Shown: positions 1-14,521, numbered from the stretch's first letter. The stretch is 64,000 nucleotides of DNA from Octopus sinensis (GCF_006345805.1 NC_043000.1:163184001-163248000), one strand, 5' to 3'. Made by a program: numbers and translations. The notes: generated by a model from the letters alone, not told the origin.

Positions 1-2002
1 TTCTGAATGAACAGACTTCAATATTCTCGTTTGCAGTGCTGAAGTGGGGAGAAGCTACTTGCGTCAGACCATGCTCTTGTCCTAGGAAAGATTTATCTCT
101 CTTCAGCTTAACGTAACATAAACCGCTAAGTCTTAGTCCTTGCGGTTATTTAAAGAATCAGCTACCTACGTACTTACCTAGCTATGCTTTGTTAACTAAC
201 TACTTGCCTACTTATGTTACTGCTCATGCACCTAATCTACCCACTCACATAAACCTGTCAGCTATCTGATGTTGATGTGATAGCAAAATAGCTGAGTATT
301 TAAGATATATTGAACTACCTGTGCATGGCTCGTAAATTCAATTTCACCACAGGTGTTGTGTCTTCTTTTGTTTTTAATTCTGCTTTTGTCCACTTGGCCT
401 GTCTGGTACAGGCCGTAGATCCTCTGAGAAGAGATCGACAGGAGGTCAAATGAACGCTCATTCATAGATATACCTGAACTAGTAACGTCAAGAATTTGAC
501 AAAAGAGTATTTGGAATAAATGTCAGTGGCGTTGTTAGTATTTAGCTCAAACTCATTAGACTTAGGGGTCAAAAGAATTCCAGCCGTGACCATTCCATCA
601 TCACAGTATCCAGTGTACCTTTTTAGGGAAGATCTGACTGTTATTTCTTGCAGAGTGTACAACCATCTAGAATTTCCTTCGCTGGCCCATGTTGTTGATG
701 TTGTTGGGAGCCTTGTACAGCAGTAAGGGAAAGCAGCGCCTAACAATGTCTAACAATGAACCAGAGGACCATGATTCTACTCAGGCCTCTTGCAGCTAAC
801 GAATACCATTTCAATTTCTGGCTGAAGTGCTTTCGCTTCATTTTCACCGTTAAATAAATGCTTCAAAGCAAAGCTTGAACTTCACAACTTGCCGTTTCTT
901 TAGCATCTCTAATAACAAATATTACATTTGTTGCTAGTTAGTGTGAATAGTAATTTAGCTTCGTCACCTCCCCAACTGTTGGCAGGTGACTAAATTATAT
1001 AGATTATATTGATAATCTCAATTATACCTATATATTGACTTCAGGGCGGTTGACTGGCAGAATAGGTAAAACGTCGGGAAAAATAAGGATAAAGGACAAA
1101 GCATCTTATGGACTCATAAGGGCCGATTTACAGGTTTCCGTGGCGTATATATACTTACCTCCTGGACGGAACACCAGACCGTCACAGGCTTACTCTTTCA
1201 AATATTGAGGCCAATGTCATCAACTTGTCCCTTCTCTCAAAATGACTGGTCTTGTTCGTAAGTTAAAATTATTAAAAGGCGGTAAATCAAAATATTCAGC
1301 GTGTTAGGTAAAATGTTTTCTAGTATTTGTTTCGATTTTTTGTCTTAAGTTCAAGTCCCAGATCAACTTTTCCTTTTCTTCCCCTGAAGTTGATAAAATA
1401 AGGTGCCAGTTAAGTTCTGAGATTAATGATATCAACTAACTCCTTTCCTCAATTGCTGGTTTTGCAGCAAAATTAGTTATTTTATCGACCTTATTATAAA
1501 ACAGCCAAAGTAATCTCTTAGCCAATTTCAACTCAAATATCTCTAACCTTACTTCCAACTTCCCTGACACGAAAGAAACAAATTATTTTTGTATCCATCA
1601 CCGTTTCCCTTCCATTCTCGATCTAACTTTTTTCATTCAATAATTTCATTCCGGAGCTCAAACATTAAAATGTTCTTTCCAGTATGTCAAGCATCTGGAA
1701 TTTAAAAATCGGTTTTGATTTTTGATAGGTGATATTATATTTCGTTTTGGTCTCTAATTCCGCTTAGAATATTACGAAGGTCAATAGAATAACATCCTTT
1801 TGCCTTAGCATAAGATTTAAAATGAAATTTCGAAAAAAATTCCAATCAGAAAGCGAAAATGCGCTGCCTCTTGGCATTTCTCAAGAAAAATATTTTCTTT
1901 GCTTACATGTTCACTACCTCACTCACCCATCTTTTCTTTTATATATATATATATAAATGGTATGCTGTTTTGCAATCATCCATTATTAAAACTGACTTAT
2001 AA

Positions 2003-2210
2003 GGCGGTAGGTAAGCTGGCAGAATCGTTAGCACGCCGGAGAAAATGCTCAGTGGCATTTCGCCCGCTTTACGTCCTGAGTTCAAATCCTGCCGAGGTCG
2101 ACTTTGCCTTTCATCCTTTCGGTCGATGAAATAACTACCAGTTAAGCACTGGGATTGATGTAATCGACTAGCCCCCGTCCCCAAAATTTTGCGTATTGTA
2201 GGAAGGATTA
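2003..2210 (+). mobile_element. Meta-type SINE, older copy
   Basis: Same head and central domain as 3352-3585, different tail. Confidence 0.8.
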
Positions 2211-2909
2211 TTGAAACTGACTTTTGTATAACTATATACAGAGATGATTGTAGACATAGTTGCATGCAAAATTCTCTTTATTACTACGTGGTCTCGAGTT
2301 CGTTCCTACAATGCGGTGACTAAGGCTCGTGTCTTCCACTTTATAGCTTCAGGGCACTTGTAGTTTTGTGGAAGGAATTTGGTAGTCCTAAACACAAGTC
2401 CAATGACCAAAGCCAGGAAAAGAATATATACAAGCGTGTATATATTACAATAAACACAACTTCGTATCTGCATGGAGCTCTAAACTCAACAGAAGCAGTC
2501 ACCAATGAGAAAGGCAGAGATGGATCAATACTTGACTGCTAAATTATTTGTCGACCCTAGGAGTGGGAAAGGCCAAGTTGCTACTTTGCAAGATTTGAAC
2601 TTAGAGTTGATATAACTACTGCAAAGCATGTTTTTTGCCCCGACGCTTCAAGTCGACCTATTCGGGAAACTGTGTAGAAGCTCGTCGCGCGCGCATGTGT
2701 ATGTGTGTGTATCACTCCGCCCCCCCCCCCCACCTGGCAACCGAGGCTGCTTTGTTTATATCCCCGCAACTTAAGGATTTGGTAAAAAGAGAACGCTAGG
2801 ATAAATACCAGACTTAAAATTATTATTAGAATTGCTTCGTTCGATTAAATCCCTTCAGGTGGTATTTAAGCTTAACCACTGTCCGAGGACTGAATTAAGG
2901 TAAAGAATA

Positions 2910-2948
<39 letters not shown>

Positions 2949-3351
2949 TGTGTGTGTGTGAACTTGCGTGTAAGTATATCACTTGTGTCACTTCACTTAT
3001 TTCAAAAGCAATAAAAATATAACAGGTAACTTGATGCGTCCACGATCTACTACCTACATAAATACGCACGAGACCGTGACATTTTGTAAACTCACACACA
3101 CGCACACACTCGTCCGTGCACACACACATTGACAGGTAGGGCCACGCGAATATATACACGTTATTTGAGAAAAGTGATAGTAGTTGCTATTGTTTAGTCC
3201 TAGATTAGGCTTTAACTTGGGCCAATAATCAAACGAGCTAACTTATGATTAGATGTAACCATCGCCGTTTCTTTATATGGGTCCTTTGTTTAAGACTGTA
3301 TCATTTAACGAGACCTACGTTGTTAATGATGGGGAGGTATAATCTCAAGGA

Positions 3352-3585
3352 CGGCGGCGAGCTGGCAGAAACGTTAGCACGCCGGGCGAAATGCTCACCG
3401 GGATTTCGTCTGCCGCCGCTACGTTCTGAGTTCAAATTCCGCCGAGGTCGACTTTGCCTTTCATCCTTTCGGGGTCGATATATTAAGTACCAGTTACGCA
3501 CTGGGGTCGATATAATCGACTTAATCCCTTTGTCTGTCCTTGTTTGTCCTCTCTGTGTTTAGTCCCTTGTGGGTAGTAAAGAAAT
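3352..3585 (+). mobile_element. tRNA-derived SINE with Meta-type central domain, young copy
   Basis: B box GAGTTCAAATTCC; GCCTTTCATCCTTTCGGGGTCGAT domain; 17-bp TSD AGGTATAATCTCAAGGA at 3335-3351 and 3586-3602. Confidence 0.9.
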
Positions 3586-4604
3586 AGGTATAATCTCAAG
3601 GAGACTTATCAGTTATTTCAAGCAAATCGAGTGATCTTTTAAGACTCCCTCACGCTGGCTCAATGCAGTGGCGTTAGTTGTTTTTCGTTATTGTTTAGTC
3701 CTAACCGTCCCTGATCATCACATTTCTCATTTCAGAAATAGCGTATCTATGAACACATCATTCAATACCCTTGCATTTTCGTGACTAGGAAATGTGGTTG
3801 TGTTTTCAAGCAATTTGAACTTAAGGGTTTTTATCCTTGTTGGTTCGCTTCGAATTGGCTGAAAACGACGGAAAGGGTTGGCTAAAAATCATACTATATG
3901 AGTTCAAATACCATCGATGCCTATATCTAAATTTCAGCCTTAGACCCCGGTTCTGATCTGTCGGATCTGTGATCGGAAATGTTCAAGCTATCTATCCTTG
4001 ACCATCACGTCTTTTACTCAGACATAATGTAGCCTGGGCTATAGTTTATTTTTTTAAGACAAAGAGTATAGCTTAAGGGAGATTTAGTTACTAACTTTAG
4101 CAGATCAATCGTCCATTTTGCTTAAAATGGTCGAGTGTGATTTGAGGGAGAGTAACTACTATTTCTAGCAAATCGAACACTCATATAGGTTCCCTTGTTA
4201 GGTGGTGTTATTCTAAACGAGAGTAATGATAAGTGGTAGAAATGGTAGCGCATCGGACTAAATGTTTTGTAGCTGTATTTAGGTACACCTGTTTTATATA
4301 CTACGTTCAAATCTTACCGTGGTCGATTTTGCATTTTAACCTTGGGGGTCAATGTAATCGACTGGTCCTCTTCCCCCAAATTTCAGGTCTTGTGCCTATA
4401 TTAGAAAACATTATTAAATATATTGATTTCGAATTTTAACACAAGGCCAGTAATTTCAGTGGAGGGGTAAGTCGATTACATCGACCATAGTGTTCAACTG
4501 GCACTTAATTTGAACTTAGAGTTGATATAACTACTTTAAAACATGTCCACCCCTACGCTTCAAGTCTCTGTCGATCCATAGCCTTAATATTATATTTCAT
4601 TAGA

Positions 4605-4820
4605 CGGTGACGAGCTGTCAGAATCGTTAGCATGCCGGGCAAAATGCTTGGCGGCATTTCGTCAATCTTTATGTTCTGAATTCAAATTCCGCTGAAGTCG
4701 ACTTTGCCTTTCATCCTTTCGGTATCGATAAAAATGAGAACTAGTTGAACACTAGGATCGATGTAATCGGCTTCTCCCCTGCCCCGAACTGGCTGGCCTT
4801 GTGCCAAAATTTGTAACCAA
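4605..4820 (+). mobile_element. Meta-type SINE, older copy
   Basis: Head, B box and central domain are recognisable. Confidence 0.8.
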
Positions 4821-6038
4821 TATCGTATATCATTGCTTGTTTCTAACTCAGAAGCAAGGTTATATATTTTATAGGATCATTAGTGTTGAAGCCATGATCA
4901 ACCTATCTTATTGCTGTCTGCAGATGGACCGAGAACTACATTAACCAACGTGTTGTTGGTTAATTTAAAGGCGGTAGGATAGGATTTAAGGGAGATATAT
5001 TTATTATTTCTAGCAAATCGAATAAACACATACAAGCCCCCAGGATCTGTCGTTGCTGTTATTCTTGTAATCGTCACTGTTATTGCTGTTGAATGCCAAC
5101 ACTTACCAGCTCCCTCTCGGTGTTATCTCAGCTCGGAAAATATCTGACAGGATGGACACATTTCATTGTTGCGTCTACCTTGTCATTTTGTATGTCTAGG
5201 ACTACATTGCCTAATGTTACCTAGGTTTTTTTTTCTTCAGAGTGATAGCGTGTGATTTGAGGGAAACATGACTGTTATTTCTTCTGTTTGATGAGTTAAT
5301 TCAACGTTCTAGTTAGCTACTGTGGTGCCTAGTAACAGCTAAGTGAATCGGGCCATATCTGAAAGAGATGGGTCTTGGCCGTATGACAGAGCAATAGCAC
5401 CACTCATCTGATACTGACGGTCAGATAACATTTTAATCCACGGATATCCCGAGTGTCGCCCAATAGTTGTAACACGTTGGGGTGGGTAGATCATGAGAAA
5501 TAGTAAGTAGGGTGCCAGATTAAATGATCTGAAGTCTTTAGGTTTGAAATTCTATATTCCGAGTTCAATATATGCCGGAGTCAATTGGTATCACACAGTG
5601 GGGTCAACCATAGTTGAGTAATGCGGTAAAAGTGGTTTTATAACATCGTGGGAGTGTATAATGGTGATGTAATACGTTGCTCCGGTGTGGTGTTACGAAA
5701 TGTTGCTGTAGCATGGTCTTGCACTGTGATTTTTGTATTCTTTGTTAACGACACACTTTTGTTTTTCTATAGCAGTTAGGGTGACGATTCGCACACAAAG
5801 TACAAATATACACATACGCACGCACGCACGGATGGACTTGCATACACACACACATGAACGCATACTCAAACACACACACAGGCATATACACACATACACA
5901 CATTCTCACGCACACAAGTTCACGCATACATATCCATACCGATACACACACATGAGCGTTAACATATACATACACACAAAGGTATATAAACCACGCACTC
6001 ACATATCAACATATACATCGCATTAACTTTCATACACA

Positions 6039-6091
<53 letters not shown>

Positions 6092-6651
6092 ATAAACACG
6101 CATAAACACAAAACGAACGACAACAATCGCAAACAAAACTAAAAATATTTATTCTTATGAACTCTCAAACGCCCCCACACAAATACAGCGCGCGTGCGCA
6201 ACCCCCCTCCCCCCAACACACATACACGACACATTCCCATATACACACAGCATGTAAAGCCAAGAAGGTACATACAAAGACAGGTTAATGTAAACACTCA
6301 CAAAGTACGTATAAACACTGACATAATATATAAACTCACACACACTCACTTACACACACACACCACACACACACACACACACAAGCACTCACAAATGCAC
6401 CCATGTACACAAAGAGAATAACAAACACGATTTTACTAATAAACAGTCCTATGTATGTGTACACATACTTATAAACAAACTGCCTGCACAAAACTACTAA
6501 AGCCCTCATGAAACACACCTAAAACTGTACGTTTATACAGACACTCTGTACGTACACACGTGTGTAATTCACTCAGAGGAATGCACTTGAATAAGTAAAA
6601 TAACGCCATATACAAGTTTTTAAAACTGCAATGCACACACACACATATATA

Positions 6652-6881
6652 TATTTCTTTACTACCCACAAGGGGCTAAACACAGAGGGGACAAACAAGG
6701 ACAGACAAACGGATTAAGTCAATTACATCGACCCCAGTCCGTAACTGGTACTTAATTTATCGACCCCGAAAGAATGAAAGGCAAAGTCGACCTCGGCGGA
6801 ATTTGAACTCAAAACGTAGCGGTAGACGAAATACGGCTACGCATTTCGCCCGGCGTGCTAACGTTTCTGCCAGCTCGCGGC
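6652..6881 (-). mobile_element. Meta-type SINE, young copy
   Basis: Reverse complement of the 3352-3585 family, in a TA tract. Confidence 0.88.
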
Positions 6882-7149
6882 TATATATATATACACATAT
6901 ATAAACACGTACAAACATATAAACGCATGCACACGCTCATCATCGTTATTGGAGGAGGAGGAGGAGGAGGAAATAAAATAGTTTGGCTAATATGCATAAC
7001 AGTGCATGCGCTGACAACGTGAATGAATTAATTGAAGCACTACAAGTAAATTGAGATAAGTAGAGAAAATGTACGGCTAACTAAGATGCATGTATTAGTA
7101 AGCAAGCATTTAGAGTTTTGGGTGAAAAGATAGACACCGGGGTTCAACC

Positions 7150-7529
7150 ATACTCTTTTATACTCTTTCTCTTTTACTTGTTTCAATCATTTGACTTCGG
7201 CCATACTGGAGCACCGCCGAGCAAATCGACCCTAGGACTTATTCTATCGGTCTCTTTTGCCGGGGGACGTAAACACACCAGCATCGGTTGTCAAGCGATA
7301 TTGGGGGACAAACACAGACACACAAACATATACACACACACACCCTTACATATATATACATATATACGACGGGCTTCTTTCAGTTTCCATCTACTAAATC
7401 CACTAACAAGGCTTTGGTCGGCCCGAGGCTATAGTAGAAGACACTTGCCCAAGGTGCCACGCAGTGGGACTGAACCTGGAACCATGTAGTTGGTAAGCAA
7501 GCTACTTACCACACAGCCACTCCTGCGCC
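7150..7529 (-). mobile_element. CORE-type tRNA SINE with internal microsatellite
   Basis: tRNA-like head, CCTTGGGCAAGTGTC core and GGTGCTCCAG-containing tail. Confidence 0.85.
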
Positions 7530-7838
7530 ATGTATATGTTTTCCCTCTACGGCTAGATAAAATGAAACTGAAATAGCCAATTTCGAGTTTCTGACTCACA
7601 TTTCCACCTATTTTAAACGCCCTGTAATAATTTTATTAAGTCACGTTTCCAACGCTTGTTCAGTTATGTAAATTAATTTTGTTCTGTGCCAGTATGCACA
7701 TAGTATAAAGAATTATAAGTTACTGTTGTTTCCGCGGCCAGAAAGGAATAACAGAGCGTTTTAATGAAATTTGAACTTGTTGATCTTTCTTTTCTGGACA
7801 AAAAGCGGAAATTTGAATTTCAAATACTGAAACATTTA

Positions 7839-9129
7839 CGAGGGGCGTTCAATAAGTAATGCCCCTGACCCACTTCCCATAGAAGTAGAGCAACGAAACT
7901 TGGCACAGTTATTAGTCTTTTTCTACATAGAAACCACCCAGAGTTACGCATTTCTACCATCGTTTGATGCAGCTCTGGAGACCGTTTTTGTAGAAGACCC
8001 CAGCTTGGTCCTCCAACCACGACGTGACGTCAGAAATCAAGGCTGCATCATCTGGGAAACGCTTTCCTTCAAAAACAACTTCATGGCTGGGAAGAGGTGA
8101 AAATCCGAGGGTGCAAGGTCAAGAGAGTAGGGGCATGGGGGAGGAGTTCATAGCCGCACGCCTGTGCTTCTGATCTGGCGACCATCGAGTTGTGGACCGG
8201 AGCGTTGTCCTGCAGGAGGAGGATGCCTTTGCTGATCTTGCCCCGCCTCTTGATTTTGATAGCTTCTCTTAATTTCCTCAAAAGTGAAGCATAATAGGCT
8301 CCTGTAATTGTGGTACCCTTTGCCAGGAAATCTGTCATCACTACTCCGTCCTGGTCCCAGAAGACTATGAGCATGACCTTGCTAGTGGAGGGCTGCACCC
8401 TTGCCTTCTTTGGAGGAGGTGAGTCACAGTGCTTCCACTGCATTGACTGAGCTTTTGTCTCTGGATCATAGTGATGGACCCAGGTTTCATCCTGTGTAAT
8501 CAGTCTTTTGAAAATTGTTGACTCATCTTCTTGGCACATCTCCAAATTCATCCTCGAGCACTCGACGCATTCTTGCTTCCGGAAAGGTGTGAGCAACCTG
8601 GGAATCCATCTGGCAGACACCTTTTGCATATGCAAATGGTCATGAATGATTGGTTTCCACAGACCCGGTACTAATCTTGACCTCATGGGCTATTTGCCGA
8701 ATAGTTATGCGTCGATCTTCCAAAATGGCAGCCTCAACTTGATGGACAGATGCCTCATCAATAGCAGTAGGGGGCGACCAGATCTGGGAGCTGTTTCCAC
8801 AGAGTTCCGACTATGTTTGAATTCACAATGCCAGCGTTTTACAAGGTCATATGATGGGGCATCATCACCATAAGTTACTTTCATTTCATCAAAAGTCTCC
8901 CGTGGTGTGCGTCCTTTCAAATATAAAAGCCGGATCACTGCTCGACACTCAACAGGCTCCATTTCACACTTGACTCAGTTCAAACACCTGTAAATCAGAA
9001 ACCACAATTAGTTCAGAGCTGTAATTTACCACTTCATCTATAGAGATATAAATAATTGCACATGCAAAATTTCAGCTAGATCAAACAACTGCAAGTGGGT
9101 CAGAGGCATTATTTATTGAACGCCCCTTG
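7839..9129 (-). mobile_element. Full-length mariner (DD34D-type) transposon, 1291 bp
   Basis: TIRs CGAGGGGCGTTCAATAAGTAATGCC and GGCATTATTTATTGAACGCCCCTTG, each flanked by TA. Confidence 0.95.
7912..8962 (-). pseudogene. Mariner transposase with frameshifts
   Basis: ORF 8705-8962 gives the HTH region. ORF 8081-8686 has WIPRLL, ITQDETW and LLQDNAPVH. The YSPDLAPSD motif is out of frame. Confidence 0.93.
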
Positions 9130-9305
9130 TATTAAATCAGTAAAATAGTTATCTCACAATGTGTTATCCAAATAAGTGATATTCTCCTATTAGCTATTGT
9201 TCTACGAGAGGCACATGAAGATGGGAGGCAATACAACATCCGAAATGTTGTGATTATAATAACGAAGATGAAGACATAAGTCGGAATGACCCCCCACACA
9301 CACAC

Positions 9306-9669
9306 AGTGTTCAACTGGCACTTATTTTATCGACCCCAAAAGGATGAAAGGCAAAGTTGACCTCGGCGGAATTTGAACTCAGATCGTAACGGCAGACGAA
9401 ATACCGCTAAGCATCCCGTCCAGCGTACTAACGATTCTTATTTCTTTATTGCCCACAAGGGGCTAAACATAGAAAGGACAAACAAGGACAGACAAACGGA
9501 TTAAGTCGATTACATCGACCCCAATGCGTACCTGGTACTTAATTTATCGACCCCGAAAGGATGAAAGGCAAAGTCGACCTGGGCGGAATTTGAACTCAGA
9601 ACGTAACGGAAGACGAAATAAGGCTACGCATTTCGCCCGGCGCGCTAACGTTTCTGCCAGCTCGCCGCC
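9306..9669 (-). mobile_element. Meta-type SINE joined to a partial second copy
   Basis: Full copy ~9438-9669 abuts a partial copy ~9306-9437. Confidence 0.85.
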
Positions 9670-10942
9670 TTCATGTCAGTGCATAATAATGATAATTCTT
9701 TGTCTCAGGAATTCAGACAAAATTTAAAAGTACAGACATTATGTACTCTAAGTTCTTTAATAGTAAAACCAATGTGAGGTACAAAATCACAACATTTATG
9801 GGCGGAATATAGCGGATTAGAAGTACCCTATAATTTGACTGGTACTGACTTTATTAATTCATGAAGGATGACAAGTAAAGTTAACTTGGCCGTGATTTGA
9901 TTCCAGAAGCTAAAGGAATGCAAGTTAGTGCTACAATCTTTGTTTCATGCTCTACAAGTTCAAATTCGCCCCCCGCCCACTTCCATCGTCTTTGAGCAAT
10001 TCAATGGTTACTAGTACTTCAACGACAGCTTAAGCGTTGGTTTCTTGAATTATTGTTTATCCTGCATATCTTCTGAAGAACACTAACGATTATGTGATGG
10101 GAATATTCATATTTTATTGGTATCATAAATAACTTCCTTAACCCGACGTAGATTATATATAATCCGTTAATTCTGATTTATATATTAATAATTTCGAAAG
10201 TTTAGGACTTCAAAAACACCACAGTTGATTCTGATATCAATAAATCATTGCATTATACTTTTTTTTATTAAATCATTTAAATTATTTCTTTGAAAACTGC
10301 TAAAATTTCAAACTTTTATTTCACTCTTTCCCCGAATAATTTGCAGTCGATCAGTTCTTCTTCCGGCCAATTTATTTTTCGATCAATATGCTTTCAATGA
10401 ACGTGTTTTATCGACGAATGCTTCTCGACCCAAGTGTTTGGTAAATCAGTTTGTATATATGTACATCCGTACAAGACGAAAATGCTTAGAATTAAATATA
10501 AAATGAATAAAAAAAACAAAATACACGGATTTGTCTGTGTTTATTCCTGGGTTAGCCCTAATCGAGAAGGCATATGGTCAAAGGCTTTCTTGCCTTTCAT
10601 CATAGTGTATCAAGGAGTACATTTTTAACGCGTCTTTCCTTTTTTAAAGACGCAAAATCGAACGAGTGAGCAGAAATTTCCACCTTGTTCCATAAGAGAA
10701 ATGAAGTGCGTCACGGTAACATAAGGCCAGGAAATATTAGCCAAGAGATTTTGCGTAACATAAGGTCAGGAGAATAAAGAAAAATAAGATATATAGGCAC
10801 AGAAAATTCAACTTTGAAAGAGTGTTTTCTGACATGAAATTTAATTGTGATTACTAATACAAATAAATTACTTTAAGCCCCACCCTCTCTGTCCGCCTGT
10901 CTGTCTGTCTCTGTCTCTGCCCCCCCTCTCTCTCTCTCTCAG

Positions 10943-10971
<29 letters not shown>

Positions 10972-10976
<5 letters not shown>

Positions 10977-11227
10977 TAAGACAACAAAAGACTGAAAGAG
11001 ACCTCGATATTATGTAAACAGAGGAATTAATCTGTAAATATAATATGTGACACTTATTCGGTAGCCATGATAAAACTCCGAGTTTCGGATGTCGGTGTGG
11101 AAACCACGCCGCCATCTCTTCAGTTATGGCCCGATAACTGAAGAGATGGCGGCGTGGGTTTCCGGCCCGACATCCGAAACACGGAGTTTTATCATGGCTA
11201 CCGAATAAGTGTCACATATTATATTTA
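10972..11227 (-). mobile_element. Penelope-type fold-back fragment with twin hammerheads
   Basis: Palindrome arms 11035-11127 and 11134-11227 around a 6-nt loop. Plus arm: GATAA-CTGAAGA-GATG...CATCC-GAAAC-ACGGA-GTT-TTATC (11133-11193). Minus arm has stem III ACUCGGAGU. (TA)n on both sides. Confidence 0.72.
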
Positions 11228-11500
11228 GATATATATATATATATTAATCGATACACACACACATAATGTATAAAATTCCTAATGCACTGTTTTATCGGCG
11301 CTAAGGGCATTACTAATAATGATAGAATAAAACGCTCAATTTAAAAATCCAATATTATTTGCAATAAAAAATATAATAAAGGAAAAGTAAAAAAAAACTA
11401 GCAGAGTTAAGTATTTAATTCGCTGCTGTGCTGTTCGTACTACTCCGTCATCTGCCTTACTCTCTCTCTGTTCCTCCTCCTCTCTCTCTCTCTCTCTCTC

Positions 11501-11541
<41 letters not shown>

Positions 11542-11664
11542 GTGTGTATATATTTTACATATATATATGTGTGTGTGTGTTTCTTAAATGGCTTATAAAC
11601 ACGTTCCAGCACACGATCTCAGATCAGGTCACTTGCTATGCAAGTACATCTCCGTATATATATA

Positions 11665-11715
<51 letters not shown>

Positions 11716-12601
11716 GAGGGTGTTACTGATTAAAGTAGGAACAGGATATCCCGAAGATGGGTCAGAAAGTGAAGCAAACGAAATATATGATAAAGCAAAG
11801 ATACCGAGAAAAACTAACGAGGTTAACTAATTAGTTCGGATGATTTTTTTTTTCATTTACCAGAAATTAACAACTGTTGTTGATTTGATTTACTTTTCAA
11901 CTAATTAATTTTAGTTAACATCCAGCAATACGGATGCTTAAAGATTTTCTGGAGATCCGTGTGGATCGCCTATGAGAAAAATAACACAAAATATCGAGAA
12001 AGCTCGGCTGCTTCACCTCCAGGAAAGAGCAGCCGTGTCTTGAATCACTCACTATCGTCTTAATGATAACACTAACAAGAAGAAGACTCACACGTTGTTG
12101 GTTAACTGTGCCTAGGAAAACAGACGAGTTAGTCAAGGTTGGAACGCTTTTGATCATAGTTCTGTTCCATTAGTACTGACCTGGGACTAAGCAAAAACAC
12201 CCACAACAATGACCTCAATACTTTAACAAGTAAGAGTGTTCTGCATATGACGCGCACACACACACACACACACATGGAAACATATTTACACATAGACATA
12301 CACAAGATACCGAAATTGCTGAAACAAGTCTATGTAAACATATGGTCCCGTTATATACATGAAAACAATGCAAATTGTAGTACATGTAAATACACCCACC
12401 CACACGTATACACATACATTTTAGATATAAACATAAGCATAAAATACTATAGACACACAGCCCTAAGCAGGAACAACTCCATTTTGTAGTGTAAGCCATC
12501 AGGTAAATGTCAACATATACCAATATATTACGTGTGTGTAACGTGGGTATGTGTGTACGTGTGGGTATACATATTCACACACACACACACACACACACAC
12601 A

Positions 12602-12632
<31 letters not shown>

Positions 12633-12853
12633 ATGCATGCGTGTGTTTCTTTTCCTCTATATAGATTTATATAATAAACACACGTGTGTGTAGTATGTAT
12701 GTGTTGCACTTTCAAGCGCAACAGGGTGGCAATATAGGTGAAACACGAGGCCAGTATTTTCTTATATGTAGCTTTACATTTTCAGTTCAAATCTTGACAG
12801 GAGCGATTTCGAGTTTCGTTCTTTCGAGTGTCAATAAAAGGACGACCAGTTCT

Positions 12854-13276
12854 TATTTCTTTATTGCCCACAAGGGCCTAAACATAGAGGGGACAAACAA
12901 AGACAGACAAAGGGATTAAGTCGATTACATCGACCCCAGTGCGTAACTGGTACTTAATTTATCGACCCCGAAAGGATGAAGGGCAAAGTCGACCTCGGCG
13001 GAATTTGAACTCAGAACGTAACGGCAGACGAAATACCGCTAAGCATTTCTTTATTGCCCACAAGGGGCTAAACATATAGGGGACAAACAAAGACAGACAA
13101 AGGGATTAAGTCGATTACATCGACCCCAGTGCGTAACTGGTACTTAATTTATCGACCTCGAAGGGATGAAGGGCAAAGTCGACCTCGGCGGAATTTGAAC
13201 TCAGAACGTAACGGCAGACGAAATTCCGCTAAGCATTTCGCCCGGCGTGCTAACGTTTCTGCCAGCTCGCCGCCCT
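12854..13276 (-). mobile_element. Dimeric Meta-type SINE within a single TSD pair
   Basis: Full copy plus 5'-truncated copy; TSD AAGGACGACCAGTTCT at 12838-12853 and 13277-13292. Confidence 0.9.
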
Positions 13277-13779
13277 AAGGACGACCAGTTCTGGCAGCGA
13301 TATAATCACCTAAATACATATTTCCCAATATTCATGTGATTCTCTTAATTCTCTCTGCAGTTTTCGGCCATTTGTATGACATCCATTATATATGATACAA
13401 CAAATACGTTTCAGCAAATCATGTATTATGATTATGAACCACTAAGTTGAGACGTTCGTCTATCATTAAATGATCTTAAGTGTTCGCCCTACTGGAACAG
13501 CGTTGTCTATGGTTGAAAAGTCCGATGCGTAGATGACAGTCTGTGCCATACGAGCTGCACTTGTCGGCTGTTTCAGTGCCGTTTGAATAGCAGTATTCTT
13601 TTCTGTGGATTCATGACCGGCTCTGTCTCTCCAGTATAGGATTTTTGATAGAACTCAAACCTGAACAGTGTGGAATGAAGGACAGGTGGTTCACTCTGCA
13701 ACATCTCCCCACTCTCTACATCATTGATGGATATAAAGGAGCAGCACAGCCATTACAATTTGGCACAAATATCGACGTA

Positions 13780-14150
13780 GGGGTTCCAAAACGGGGTTGT
13801 AGACAACGTCAAACTACCTTGGGGGCACCGACTCCCGGTCTTTTTATCAGGGTTTACTCCCGAAACCATAGTCATGGCTTGGTTTGTTTCTAAAGTAGCG
13901 ACGATTTGGAATCAGGGTTTTCCTTCCCTTAGATAGATTGACTCGTCTCCCAATCGGCTAACAAGCATCATCTACCGGATGGATTTGCTAATTAACCTGT
14001 AACTGGAACCCTTACAGGTGCTACTACTCCGGGTCAGAGCATACTTGGGAAAATAGTGACTAAGAGGTGGTTCTACTCTCCTTAAAACCCTGGAACTCCC
14101 GAAACAGGGCCTCACTCCCTGGACACCACTGATGACTCAGAACCAGAGCA
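13780..14150 (-). mobile_element. RTE-type 5' UTR-like relic
   Basis: Minus strand TCTAAGGGAAGGAAAACCCTGATTCCAAA resembles a recurrent RTE 5' UTR motif (recalled, not searched). Confidence 0.4.
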
Positions 14151-14240
14151 ATATATGGCCGGAGTTGTCTCCTGTTCTTACAGGAAATTTTAATTATTCT
14201 TTTAAAATACACTCATACACGCACACACACACATACATAC

Positions 14241-14397
14241 GTATGTATGTATGTATGTATGTATGTATGTATGTATGTATGTATGTATGTATGTATGTAT
14301 GTATGTATGTATTTATGTATGTGTGTGTGTATGTATGTATGTATGTATGTATGTATGTATGCATGTATGTGTGTGTGTGTATGTATGTATGTATGTA

Positions 14398-14434
<37 letters not shown>

Positions 14435-14521
14435 ATGTATGTGTGTGTGGTGTGTGTGTATGTATGTATGTATGTATGGATGTATGTGTGTGTGTATGTA
14501 TGTATGTATGTATGTATGTAT
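14241..14521. repeat. (TATG)n/(TG)n microsatellite
   Basis: Direct inspection. Confidence 0.97.

Noticed and set aside
3301-3501. Recurrent WYLIYRPRKDERQSRPRR ORFs (also 9524, 37343)
   Set aside because: Antisense translation of SINE copies, not a gene family.
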